Shown here one piece after another: positions 1 to 14,200 of a DNA stretch of 64,000 nt; position 1 is the stretch's first letter; every line of letters begins with the position of its first letter. A program made the translations under genes and the position numbers. Source of the DNA: Cetorhinus maximus (lineage: Eukaryota); assembly GCF_964194155.1 (NCBI RefSeq), contig NC_135890.1, positions 17,856,001 to 17,920,000 of the forward strand. The letters run 5' to 3'. The notes below the pieces were generated by a model. It was not told where the DNA came from. It did not search any database and saw nothing but the letters and a program-made list of their open reading frames with translations.

Positions 1-187
1 ATTTCAGTGAAATAGCTTCAGAAACTCAGCCCCATACCACAAGATGGGCCTGACCACTAAGCCCCATACTACAAGATGGTCCTGACATGTCCTCAGCCAG
101 TGTTGCATATTTTGAAAGGGACTTATCTTGAAGACAGGTACACATTCCAAAAGATGGTTAACAGTTGATGACAACACACAGACACAG

Positions 188-273
188 GGGGTAGAATTTT
201 ACAGTCCTGCCAAAGTCAATGGACTTTTGAACAGTTCACCACATTTTATAGCAGGGCTGTAAAATTCTGCCCA
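188..273. mobile_element. Tiny Harbinger/PIF-type MITE
   Basis: About 22-bp terminal inverted repeats (GGGTAGAATTTTACAGTCCTGC and GCAGGGCTGTAAAATTCTGCCC) with CAG on both flanks (185-187, 274-276). Confidence 0.65.
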
Positions 274-745
274 CAGTGACGGAGACAATATTGACATGTT
301 TCTACTTAAGCGGGCATCATAACTAAATCCCAACATACTGCTCAGTCATGTTATCTCTACACATCTAGTAACCATTACTGGGTGTGGGTATCCTGGCCAG
401 CTACCTCCTCACCCTGTTGGGTGAGGAGTCAGTCAGCAATTCCACTTTGATAAGATAAATTCGAAACTGTTTCCTCTGGTGGGGGAGGATATCCTAAATC
501 AGGCACAATCTCAAACCTCAAAATTTCCAAGCGAAATCAGGAAGCAGTCCCCCCCACCCCACAACATAGTGAAAATTCCAAACACTCCCCTCAAAATACT
601 GTGGATCAATTAACTTTAGGGCACACAGATTGATTGGTACATGAAACAAACTTGCAGATCAGCCATGATCTGATTGAATGGCTCAATAGGTACAAGTTGA
701 ATGGCCTCCTTCTGTTCCAATGCTCTCTTGCGGGCCGGGGGCGGA

Positions 746-786
746 GGTGGGGTGGGGGTGGGGGGGGGGGGGGGGGGGGGGGGTGG
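746..786. repeat. Poly-G / G-rich tract
   Basis: Run of more than 20 G preceded by GGGGT units. Confidence 0.9.
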
Positions 787-1020
787 CAATCAAGTCCCCC
801 TTACAATTGGCTTCAGGATTGACCTTTAATCAGTTGCATTATTCTACTCACTGAAGATAGCTGCTTCAAACCAAACCATTACTCACTACAGCCAGCGTGT
901 GACCTCCAAAATAAATGTGTAGCCATATGTTAATGAGATAGTGAGGCTCTTGTGGGATCTTTAAGAGAGCGTTTGTTTATAATTAGCAAGTGAGACACAT
1001 GTGTCTGTTTTGTCACCTAC

Positions 1021-1120
1021 CTCCCACTGATATGAAGAGCAGGGCTGAACTGACACCAGCTGACCGGCTATTGAACCTCTGCTCCTGATGTTTGCATCCT
1101 CCAATCACCATGGATATACC
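1021..1120 (-). CDS. cax2: cax coding exon 12 (GISMVIGGCKHQEQRFNSRSAGVSSALLFISVG)
   Basis: ccag acceptor, GAG|GTAGGT donor, conserved EQRFN motif. Confidence 0.95.
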
Positions 1121-4100
1121 CTGGTGGACAAACAGCTCGTCAGTTTCTGGTCTTAAGCAATTGTACCACAAGAATTACAAGGATTTACAAAACTAGCATT
1201 TCCAGAACTATATTTTTTTTAAATTAAAAGCGCATAAGATTCTCCACCACTTAGCAAAGAATCATCCATCAGTCCATGTTCCACAAACTGTGCAGCATAA
1301 AATGTACTTGAAACACATCCAAGCGTTAGCTGTGGTTCTTTTGCCTCTGAGTCACTAGGTTCCAGGTTCAAGTCCTACTCTAGGGCTTGAGCACAAAAAT
1401 CAACATTGACACTCCGGTACAGCACAGAGGGAAGGCTGCACTGTTGGAAGTGCTGCCTTTCAGATGAGTCAATAATCTGAGGTTTCACATGCTGCAGAGT
1501 GTGACGTTTCCTGGCTCACTTAAAGAGAAAGCTACTAACATGACAAACTCACCGGGATAAAGAGGACACATCCCAGCAGGGTTCCAGTCAGAGCACTTTT
1601 CACCACCTCTTCATAGCACTTGTTTCCCTTATGGTTGCCTTTGATCAGAGCAGTTATGTAGAAAGTCAACTCAGTGATTGAACCAAATGTAGCATTCACT
1701 ACTGCACCTACTGCAAAGTTACTCTGAGCTGAAATACTGAAGACAGAAGAATGGATTTAAAATCAGTACATTAGGAAACTTTGAACTCCCAAACTCTTCC
1801 AACCAACTCCAGGACAGTGGTATGGTTACTAATTACAAGAAATCACAAACCTTATGATACACCACTCAGCACTGACTGCTTAATAAAGTGACGTCTGGGG
1901 CCAAGGGAGGGGGGGACACCAGGGATATGACAGCTAGGTACAAACAAGTCAAGAGTTTAAATTTCCAAAAATGCTAGAATCCATTATTAAAAGGAGGTAG
2001 TAGCAGGACATTTAGAAAAAAGAAAATCACAGTAGTGTCTCAAACCCAGCTGTCCAAAAGCCAGAGTTGTCTGAAAACCAGAGATTTTTAGAACGTGCCA
2101 TGCATCAATTTTAATTGAGAAAAACAAAAAACTTCCTTGGACAATTTGATTTGGTGCTGCATTGGTATGGTGTGGCGCCAGACTTACCACTAACCACGCA
2201 TTTACCAGTCTATTCTTATGCTCCAAGCAAGCCTTGACCCACTCAACCAAGCTCGACACAAGCTGCCCAACCCAAAATCTGGCAAGATCTGAAATCTGGC
2301 ATGGCTTTGGTTCAGAGGTTGCCAGTTTTGAGATACTCAGGCAGCGTCAATATTGTTTTATGAAAAGGAAATCATGTTTGACAGGGATATAGATAGGCTA
2401 AGTGAATGGGCAAAATATTAGCACGGAGTATAATGTGAAGGTTGTCCACTTCAGCAGGAAGAATAGAAAAACAGAATATTATTCAGGTGAAGAAAGACTG
2501 CAGAATGCTGCAGTAGAGGAGGGATCTGGTGTCTTTGTACATGAAATCACGAAAAGTTCACATGCAGGTACAGCATGCAATTAGGAAGGCAAGTTGAATT
2601 TTGGCCTTTATTGCAAGGGGAATGGAGTAAAAAAAGTAGGAATGTCTTGATACAACTGTACAGGGCATCAGGTTCCACACCTGGAGTATCATGTACTGTT
2701 TTGGTCTCCTTAATCGGAGGAGGGATAGAATTGCATTGGAAGCAGTTCAGAGAAGGTTCACTGGACCAATTCCTGGGACAAAGGGGTTGTCTAAGGAAAG
2801 GTTGAACCTATACACATTGGAGTTTAGAAGACAGGAGGTGATCTTATTTGAAACACAAGATTCTGAGGGGGCTTGACAGGGTAGATGCCGAGAGGATGTT
2901 CCCTTTCTGGGGAATCAGGAATCTAGAACTAGGGGGCGATGTAAAAATAAGAGATGGCCCATTTAAAACAGATGGAGAAATTTCATCCAAGTGTTGTTAA
3001 TCTTTGGAACTCTTCCCCAGACAGTGGCGGAGTCTGGCTCATTGACCAACTCTGCCTTGAATACATTCAGATTTTTGTTTGACAAGGGGGTCGAGGGTTA
3101 TTGGGGGGTGGGGCGGGGGTGGGGGGTGCAGGGGAAGATAGGCAGGAAAGTGGAGTTTAGCACAATCAGATCCTTGGTCTTATAGAATGGCACAGGAAGC
3201 TTGATTGAAGGAGTAGGCCATCCAGCCTATGATATTATGATTTTTAAAAATGTTAATCAATCCTGGGATCTTTACAAAAGACTTCATTACTCAAGGAAGC
3301 TGCAGTAATTTCCCAACAAAAAAATGCCAGTTTGGGAACTGCTGGCAAGGAGACTGGCTGAATCTAGACTCAACACAATCACCAGCATGATTCTAAAAAG
3401 GACAGGGGTGCCAACCAACTGGGTACAGGCCCTGGTTCAGGATCTCAAAAAGGTAATGGAACCAGTTCTCCATTTTACAAGGATATAGAAGACACTGGAG
3501 CAGGTGCAGAAGAGGTGTACAAGAATGGCACTAGAACCGTAAGGTTACACCCAACGGGAAAGGCTGAACTGGCTGGGCTTCTTTTCCCTCAAGGAAGAAA
3601 GAACGAGAAGGTTGTGGGGTGTGTACCAACAGGTCACGAGGATATAACACATCAGCATGGACCAGTTGAGCTAAATAGAAATTACAGCACAGAATTAGGC
3701 TATGTAGTAGTCCCATTATAGATTTTAGCTTCTTTTTAGAACATGCAGCTTACTTTTCTCCATTGCTTCAACTAGCAGACATTTCCTCAACTTGAACAAA
3801 AATGGCAAAAACAGACAGGCCAAAAAGTGCTCAGAAAATAAAAAAGCGATCATGGGCAGGGGTAAAACGGGTCCCCATTTATCCTGTGCATAAAACATGC
3901 TTGTGACTGGAGCTGCTATAAATGGACAGAAATACATGGAGAATTGGCAGGAACAGTGAGAAAAAACACAAATCATATACGTAAACAAAGAGGGGAAACT
4001 GAAGTAAGAGAAGGAAAATGGTGAGATTTGTTCTAAACCTGCTGCTGTGCTGAAGGGAAGTTAGGAATGTTGGTGCTGCTGTGGTGCTGCTGTAAGCACA

Positions 4101-7100
4101 GGTGGGGGAAATCTGCAGTTTACAGTGTTACAGCTGATGATAGACAACAGATAGCTTCATAATGCTGAACAGTGGTGAAAACAAATAGTTTTCGAAAGGG
4201 AGCTGGACATGTACTTGAAAAAAATTGCAGGAATATGGGGAAAGGAATTAACTGGATTACTCGTTGAAAGAGTTGGCACAGACTCAATGGGTCAAATGAC
4301 CTCTTTTGCTGCTGCACTATTCTAAGATTTTACGTGTGGGAAACAGTGAAGATTTAGGGTATGAATGCTCTGATGAATATATACGGCTTCTTCTACAGCA
4401 AAATGTTGGTCGCATTTAGTACAACCTACTTATGCAAAACTATCTTCATTGTCATTACTGAAAATCCAAAGCACTGAGCCAGAGTGAACATTGACAGGCC
4501 CAAACCCGCGGTATGGACAACGATACAAATTCCACAGTGATAGGTGATTTGATAGGGGAAGAGATAGGTGTTTCTATAGCTGCAGACAAATCCAGAGTGG
4601 CATTGCCTCCCTGATGCCAGGGTCATGGATGTCACCAAGCAGCTGCAGGGCACACAGAGGGGGTGTTTGGGTGGGTGGAGGGGGGCTGCAGGGGAGTGGG
4701 CAGTGAAAAGCCAGCAGTTGTGGTCCATAATGGTATGAATGACATAGGCAGAAAGAGGGATGTGGTCCTGCAAATCAGAATTTAGGGAGCTAGGTAGGAA
4801 ATTAGCAAGCAGGACTTCAAAATAGTAATCTCTGGATTACTCCCAGTACCACGTGCAAATGAGTGTAGAAATAGAAATAGTGTAGAAATAGAAATAGAAA
4901 TAGTGTAAAAATAGAAGGAGGATAAAGCAGATGAATGTGCGGCTGAAAAAGACGGTGCAGGAGGGAGGGCTTTAGATTCTTGGAACATTGGCACCAGCTC
5001 TGGGGGAGATGGGACCTGTACAGGCCGGACAGGTTGCACCTAAATAGAGCCGAGGTGGGGGGTGGTGGTTTCAACTAACTTGGTAGAGTGTGGGAACCAG
5101 AAGATCTTTTGAAGGAGGAATACCAAGGTGCACAGAATACTGGGAGAGATAGGTAGCACTAGAATAGGGAAAATAGATGGGGTCAGAGTAAGGGTCTCTG
5201 TGCATGTCTGTGAATGCACAAGAGTGTGGCAGGATTGGTGAATTAAGGGCCTGATTGTCATGTGAAAATGTTTTGTGGCTATAAACCTGGCTCAAAGGAG
5301 GGCATGACTGGGTTTTAAAATTCTTGGATACAAGGTGTTCAGAAAAGATAGGAAAGGGAGAAAAAGAAAAGCGGATAGGTAATAGTATTTATTATGGAGA
5401 GCTTTGCAGTGCTGAAGAAAGAGGGTGTCCCAGAGGGGTTGAGGACAGAATCTATTTCACTAGAGCTAAGGAACAAGAAAGTGCAACTACATTGCTTGGT
5501 GTTGCCCGTAGGCCACCAACTTGTGGGAAGGATGTAGGGGAACAAATCTGCAAGGAAATTCCAGAGGTGCAAAAATTATATAGTTACAATGGGGGACTTG
5601 TAGACTGGGATAGTAGTACTGTAAAGGGCAGAGGGGGGCAAGTTATAGCTGATGGAATAAAAAGGGACAGCAGCATCATGAAAAGAAAAATAGGCTGAGT
5701 GACAGGAAACAAAATGCTTTTCAGGCTGGAGGATGGTTTGTAGTGGAGTTCCCCAGGGTCAGTGTTCAGACCCTTGCTTTTCCTGATATATATTAATGAC
5801 CTAGACCTTGGTGCAGGGCACAATTTCAAAGTTTGCGGATGATACGAAACTTGGGAACTATTGAGAACTCAGGAGGATAATGTAAAACTTCAAAAAGGAT
5901 GTAGACAAGTTGTTGGAATGGGCAGACAGATGAAGTTCAATGTAGAGAAATGTGAAGTGATTCACTTTGGTAGGAAGAACATGGAGATGTAATATAAAAA
6001 AGGACACAATTCTAAAGGGGTGCAGGAACAGAGGGACTTCGGTGTATATGTGCATAAGTTAAGATGGCAGGACAGGTCGAGAGAGATTCCGTGTGCTTTA
6101 AAAGGGGCAAGAGCATGGCAGTTGTGTTGAACTTGTATAAGATACTAGTTTGATACCCAGATCTAGTAGCTGCAATTTAGGAAAGATGTGAAGGCATTGG
6201 AGAGAGTGCAGAAAAAAATTCACAAGAATTGTTCCAAGGATGAGGAACTTCAGTTATGTAGATTGATTGGAGAAGTTAGGACTATTTTCCTTGGAGAAAG
6301 GACGACCAAGAGGAGACTTGATAGAGGTATTCAAAATCACAAGGGGTCTGAACAGAGTAGATAGGGAGAAACTGTTCCTGCTCGTGAAAGGATGGAAAAT
6401 GAGGGCAAATTTAAAGTAATTGGTAAAAGCAACAAGTGATATGAGGAAAAAAAAACTTTCATGCAGTGAGTGGTTAGGGTCTGGAATGCAACATCTGAGA
6501 TTATAGTGCACGCATGTTCAGTTGGAGCATTTAAAAAGGAATTAAAAGGAATGAAAAGAATGTGCAGGGTTATGGGGAGAAGGAAAGGGAGAGGCACCAA
6601 GTGAATTGCTCAGAGTTGGTGCAGACAATATGGGCCAAATAGCCTCTTTCTGCACTCAATTGTGATTCACATTGCATTAGGCTTTAAATTATAAAACTTT
6701 TCAAAAATATAGAAAAAATATTTGTGCTGCGTTACAGGGGATCCATGGAATTTTCATGGCACAGGGTGTCATGAAGCTATTCATATATATAATATTTTGA
6801 AAAATGCTTTTCTTTTAAAATAGAGGTTTAATCTACAGGTGTGTTTTAATTAGATTAAAGCCAGCTAGTCTGCTTTGATGGATACTAGTTTTGATATGTA
6901 AGAGATAGCACGCATTTGCATTTTTTGAACAGAGCTTTCAAGAAGTGGGGTGAAAACTGCTGCCTTTCTAGCAGCTACCAAGCAATACGTTTATATTACT
7001 AATAAAGTTGGTACAATGAAAGGGGTTTTATTGTCAGAGAGGTTTAGTTCAGAGGTTGTTGATACAATGAGAATTAACATTCAATGGGGCTGGTAGGTAT

Positions 7101-8228
7101 AACTTCGGTAGTTTTTGGGTGTGCAGGGCAGAGGCAATGTGTGATCAAAAGGCAGCTGCAAGCCTCCAACTGGCTGCACAGGAAGCTCATCTTGAATTCG
7201 TAAGGTGAAAATGCTTTGCCTGGTGCTTGGTTAAGTCTATGGGTTGCTGTTGCCTTAATGGAGATTAGTTTGGGAATTTGCTAAAAGTTATGGTAATTTG
7301 TAGCCAGGTGTATATATATTCTAACCTGTGTAAATTAATAAAATGTTTCTTTTAGTTTAATGTAAAACCTCAAGAATTGGTGGTCTGATTCCTGAATTTA
7401 GAGTCACATCTCAAACATAACACTTAATATAGGTTATGACAGTTGTTTAAAGTTTCCCTCTGGGATTTTTTTTAATTACTCTACCAACTGCAGCAGTCAT
7501 AACAGAGGGGAGGACGAAAAAAAGGTTTGGAACCCCTGAAACAGAACATCAGCATCACTCAAAATAGAGCACAAACTGAATTCTATCTGCAGATGCTGCT
7601 TAAAACACAAACCAAATTCGTGAATTTATTCCTCAGGGATGGGGAAGAGAAGGTTTTGCTTTGACTGTGTAGAAAATACACTAAAAGAGGAAGTGATGGT
7701 TGAGAATATCATCTAGTCGAAACTTCTTTCAGTGCTGCCAGTGAGCTTAAAGAGCCATATCTGTTTATCTGAAGAACACAGTCACAAACAAATGCATATT
7801 ACTATAGAACAATGCTTTCACTTCAACTAGTGTAGTACTCCATTAATTGGAACTCCCCATTCCACTCCCTCCTCTCTACACCGTTCCAAATGAACCTTAA
7901 TGAAAGTAAAGGAGGTGCTGTTCCTTGAACAGCCTTAAGAGCACAATAATTTCAGATCATAACCACTATCACTATTCTGTTGTTGCCAGATACAGCTTCT
8001 GGATCCATTTTTTTGTTTCTTTGTCAATAGTGATTATCTTATACCTAATTTAAGTTGTAAAGATCATGAAGTAAGATCAAAACCACAGTTAGAAATGGGA
8101 AAAAAGCTGATCTTAAGGGCCAAGAATGGAGCTGGGGAAAATTTTACTGAAATTAAACAGCAGTGGGAAATATCAAAAATAGTGATCAATAGAGTTCAAT
8201 AGCAGAGCACAATATGAGAGAGAGAGAG

Positions 8229-8280
<52 letters not shown>

Positions 8281-11200
8281 TGTGTCCCTGTTGACAAATC
8301 AAAATGCTGCATGCAGGTACAGTAAGTAATTAGGAAGGCAAATGGAATGCTGACCTTTGCAATCGAGATGGAGTTTGAAAGTAGGGAAGTCTGGCAACAA
8401 CTATACAAAGCATTGGTGAGAACATCCCTAGATTACTACGTTGAGTTTTGAACTCCTTAACAAGGAGGAGAATAGTTCAGAGAAGGTTCATTAGGTTGAT
8501 TCCTGAGATTAAGGACTTCCCTTGAGGAAAGGTTGAGCAAGTTGGGCCTACACTCAGAATTAAAAATGAGATTGAAAAATAAGAGTGAGGGGACTTGACA
8601 GGGTGGATACAGAGAGGACTTTTCATCTCATGGAGGATCCAGAACTAGGGTCTCCCTCAAATCCAACATAAGTAGAATTTCTTCTGAGGGTCATTAATTT
8701 GTGGAATTCTCTGCCCCAAAGGGCAGTGGGGGCTGGGTGATTGAATATATTGAAAGTCGGGTTAGACAGATTTTTGACCTATAAAAGGGAGAGTGGTGGG
8801 GGTGGGGGTGGGAAGGAAAACAGGAAGGCAGAATAGTTGAGGCCATGATCAGATCAGCCATTATCTTATTGAATGGTGGAGCAGGCTTAAAGGGCTGAGT
8901 GGCCTACTCCCATTTATGTTCTTATGAAATTAAATCAAAGAGCATAATAGGTACAATCAAGATAGGCGCAAGGCCACAGAAATACACAATAGGTAATGAC
9001 AGCAAAATGATAAATATCAAATTACTTTGCCTCAGTACTTACCAACAAGGCAGGCATAACATTAGAGGAAGATTAAAAAAGGATGAAGACATTTAAAAAG
9101 GGGGGGAATGGGGTGGGGAGGAGATAATTGATAAATTGAACAAAAAGTAAAAATCCTGGTCTGAATAGGTTGTATATTAAAGTCACAGAAGAGATAGCAT
9201 AGGGTCTATTAAATGTATATTTTAAAAATCATTAGAAAAAGGGCTAGAGAACTGGTGGATAGCTAATGTGATTCCTATTATGTAAAAAAGGTAGGTAGAA
9301 CAAGGGAACTATAGATTAATTAGCTTAATGTCAGTGGTAGAAAAGATAATGGAATTCTTAAATATGTGATAAGGGATCAAGAAACTGAAAATATAATAAA
9401 AAGAGTACTCAGCACAGATTCCAGAGGGGCAAGTCATGCTCGACTTAATCCTATTGAAGTAGTATTAAAGGTTAGAGAAGCATAATGCAGTAGACAACAT
9501 TTAGGTTCCTAAAGGCCTTTGATAAAAGTACTGCTTAGTAGACACAAAGGTCAGAACATGGAAATTCAGGGAACAAATAGCAGAACACATAGCAAGCTGG
9601 CTACAAAACAGGAACAGGTAGTAGGGTTAACACTAGCACTGGGATTGGCAAATCAGTGGTAACTGGTATTCCACAAGAATTGGTGTTGGGCCCACTGTTG
9701 TTCACTATTCACATAAAATAAGGGGAATTCAATAATCAGGAGTTTCAAAAACTTGTAGATCCAAATTGGGGGATGCAGTTAATATAGAGGACTGTTCGAG
9801 ATACAGGAAGGCAATAATGAACTTGCAGAGCAAACCAGGAAGCTAAAAGCACAGAACTCTTTTTAAATTTAAAACTTCAGATTTAATATTCTTGTGGACA
9901 AAGGAGTTAGAGGGGATTAGGGGTGGGGTTGTTGATGCATAAGGTCAGGCTGAAGACTGGAGGTGAGGACCATTAAGAAAAACTGTCCAATCACCACCTT
10001 TAACTGAAGCCCACAAAGTCCTAATCTTCCAGGTCCAACACGGCTGGAGTTTTCAGTGATGCTGGGGCTTGAGAGGACATTTTGACCCCACCTGGGAAAG
10101 GGAAAATGGCAATGGCATTTGGCAGAATAGTAAAGTGGTTGCAAGTTTGCAACATCAACTGCAAGGGATAGAGTTTGATGGTTTCTTTGAATGTGCAAAT
10201 ACTAATTTGGAATTTGAGTGTGTTAGGAAATAGAGATAGTTTAATTAAGTTACATTTGAATTTGTGGGAGTTTGACGACTCCTGAAGAGAAGTTAAAGCA
10301 AACACGAGTAGAAAAACAACAGGAGGGAGGGAGGGAGGCGCGTGCCAGCATGCCACGTGAAGCAGTGGTATACGGTTGATGGCTGAGTCAGAGAGAGAGA
10401 GCACGCGTGGAAGAAGGCTTGAATACATATGGTGACCCAGGGAGAGGAATATCAGAAGGAGAGTTCGAAACCCTGGAGGTGGACCCTTGTGGAAGGGGTC
10501 TGAAAGTGTTGGTTTGGGAGAAGATTCCAAAGACAGTTCTTGGAGAATGGAGATTGGAAACCCTCATGTGAAAGACGAAGTTTAGTGAGATCAGTTGGCT
10601 CAGTGTGACAAGCTTCTGGGAGGAGTTGAGGAGAGGTGCATAACATCTGTTTGAGGTGGCATCTGCCACTTGGTTTCAGAGTGTGGCATGTCTGACCACA
10701 AGTTATCTATTGGTTTACGTGGACTGTGTACTTACTGTGAACATTAGAGTATAAGATAGTTTTTGTAACTTGTGTTATCCTTACAAATCTGTATTATTAA
10801 AAGGTATAGTTGTGGGTGAAGGAGTATTTTAATATAGCTCATCTTTTCTTGTTGAATGTTATATTCTTTTATTAAAAGTTCATCAGCTGACTCCTGTGAC
10901 TCTTCAGTAGCTACTCTCCATGTATCTAAACAAAGAAAAAGTTAAGATCCATCAAGCCAGGTTCCACCCTGGGATCAGGCTTGTCCATTTGCAACATCAG
11001 CTGGGATCATAACATGAGAAACTAGTTAGAAATAAAGTTATAAAAATGAAAGCTAGCAGAGCTTCTGCCGATTTTCTGCCTTTGCATGAAGCCGCCACAC
11101 ATCCCCTGGCACCTATCACCACCACCCCGGTCCATGGGTACTGGTAGCCCTCTAGTAGCTAACCAACACTCTTGGGCTGATTGCTGTAACTAACTAAGCC

Positions 11201-14200
11201 CAACCTGAGCCTCATCCAACATTCACACACTTTTCAGTTGGAATAACTAGGCAGTTATCAGGAGCAAGTATTGCTAGTTGAAAACTGGAAATCCATTGTG
11301 GCACACATGCTGGAGGAGTCCCATTGAAAGACCTAGTTCTTAAACCCATCAGAAACCCAGTTGGCTCAGCCCTGAAGGGGGCTGATTTCCAAACATGTCT
11401 GGTAACCAATCCCCATGAAAAATCCATGATGGTTCTCAGAAGTTACCTTCAAAACTTAGACTTTGGAACTTATTGCCTCAAACTGCTCTTTGTGGTAACA
11501 GCATGATACATTTAAAAGGAGGAGAAGTTAGACATATCCATGAGGGAGAAAATGTGTGTAATAGGGTTGGATCAAGGAGGATGGGAGGAGATTCTTGTGG
11601 AACAAACACTAGAATAGATCAGTTGGGCCAAATGACCCATCGCTACACTTTACATTTTATATGTAAAACTTCCACTTACCTGGCAATTGCCATCCCAATG
11701 TAGTGAGACAGAGGAACTATGGCCATGACAGACAGTGCAAATTTCACAGGTGAGCTGGCATAACGATTCTCTGTGTCGCCGTAACCCAGCGCCAGAGCAA
11801 CTATAACTAGAGGCAGCAGATCTGAAGACTCAGTTAAAGAAATAACTCCAATGGAATGGAAAACCAAGTCAGCAATAAACATGAAATCAGTCGTTGCAGG
11901 ATTCCTAATCTGCCCATAAAGACTGATCACATCCTCCTTCTCCCCCTACCTCCATTTTACCTCCCCAACCAGTCATGAGGTGCAAGGCTTCAAAACATGG
12001 GCTGGCTAGCTCAAACCAGCAAAGTATTCCATCATTAGCTAGAGAATGAAGATTAAAAATATCATCCAAAGTTTGAGTGTCCAGTTGGGGTGGGGGTGTC
12101 AGGTCTTCTCATTATTCGCTTTTGACTGGGAAACAATTTGCAGCTTTGTACTGATAACAGTCATTGGACATGTGACCTCATACACTCATGTCATGTGTAT
12201 GGATTTTAACCTTTGTGCATTTCTTAATAAAATATGACTTAGCACTCAAACATTTTTTGATTGTTAACTGTTTTGTTTCCTTGATCACTGAATAGTACAT
12301 GAAGTACATTTACCCGTATTGTGTGCAAGGCATTTTCTATTAAAATTCATACATATGGCTGTGTTGACGTAACCTCTGTAGCTAGTCAGAAAGATAATAT
12401 TTTATGTACCTGTAAATTAAAATGTTAACAGAAGTAGAAGGGCATTGGTTTCCTGTATAGTGTTGCTAATCAGAGTTTGTAATCAGAGAGATACTTCCTG
12501 GGGGAAAGGAAATGAACTTAGAAGTTCCTCCTTTATAACTGAATCAAAAGCCACTTGAAAACCTCTTAGTTGGAAGATAGAGCAAAAACCTTGGGGAGGG
12601 AGGAAAAATATACAGCTAGGAACTGGATAATCCAAGGAGGTTGGAAGTGCCAGTAAGTAAGCAAGCCACAACTCAAAAATAATTGAGTACAAAAATAGGC
12701 AATGGAACAATTCTCCTGCCCATCATCCTACCCCAACGAGTTAAATTGTCCACTATGAACCAAAGGATACTCACAGCAAATACATTTATCCCAACCACAG
12801 TATATTTGTAATAGTAGAAATTCACAGCATGGTAACAGGAGAGGACCACTTCCCCATCCAGTGGAACTTCAGTCTGGGAGTGGGGAGTGAAACAGAGAAA
12901 GAACAAGTGAAATCTATTCACACAGATCCTTATGTTGAGACATCTCAATGTTTAATGAAACAGATTTGGAATGCAACCTATTATATGGGCAAATGCAACA
13001 GTAATGTTTCCAGGCATACGCTGGAAAATGTCCAATTTTGGAAAACTGTATACAATTCAATTCTAGAATGGGTTAGAATAGGAGCTCAAGTTTTATAAAT
13101 ATAGCACAGACATTCCCCAAATGGCACATTTCCAACAACTAGTTGCTACTCTTCCACAGGAATGGAAGGGGGTTCATGTACTATTTCCAGCAGAACCATT
13201 GGATGGATTCATGCGAAAAAAAAAAGTTAGTGTAGAGCCATGGAAACCTCATTTAACAGCTCCAAAGCCTCCACTTCAGGATCAATGGAAACTTTGGGTG
13301 GCTTCAGCAGGGCTCAAGGTTCAAATAAAAGCATAACATTGGCTCATTGATCTGATATGGGACAGAATAACCAGTGGCAAACAGGCAGCCTGGTAACACA
13401 CTAGCCAGTAATGGCACATTGCTAGAGCTCAATTAGAATAACCACATTACAAAGCAGCCAACCTAGGGACAGCATTAAGCTATTTAACTCCAAACCTGTT
13501 TTGCCATTAACAGGGTCATGTCTTATTGGTGACCAAACTCCATATGCCCCCCATTGCCCTCAATACCATAGATTTTTAACCAATCAACCACATTTGCAGG
13601 AGTTTCAAATCTGTGCCACCCTTTCATGACTTATAGAAGATTGGATTCTAAATGTTAGTCTATGAACCCACCCCAGTTCTAGGCTCCCTCGCCATAAGAA
13701 ATAGTTTCTGTCCATCTACTCACTGTTCCCCTTCGGGGGAGGCGGTGGCATAGTCACTCGGCGAGAAATCCAGAGACCCAAGGTAATGCTCTGGAGACTC
13801 AGGCTCAAACCCCACTAAGGCAGATAGTGGAATTTGAATTCATTAAAAAATCTGGAATTAAAAGTCTGATGATGACCATGAAACCATTATCGATTGTCAT
13901 AAAAACCCATCTGGTTCACTAATGTCCTTTAGGGAAGGAAATCTGCTGCTCTACACATGACTCCAGATCTACAGCAATGTGATTGGCACTAAAATGCCCC
14001 CTGAACAAGGTCAATTAGGGATGGGCAATAAATGCTGGCCTAGCCAGCAATGCCCAAGTCCCATGAACAAATAAAAACACACCAAATCAAATCACCCCTT
14101 CACCCTTTAAGTTGTAGGGAACATAATCCTAGTTTGTATAATCTCTCCTTATAATTTAACCCTTGGAGTCCAAATATCATTCTGGTATTTTTAACACTGC

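Noticed and set aside
634-822. Gly-rich small protein ORF
   Set aside because: Produced by a poly-G tract next to a CR1 tail.
10021-10669. 169-aa and overlapping minus-strand ORFs
   Set aside because: Low-complexity translations of an LTR-like remnant with no motifs or splice support.
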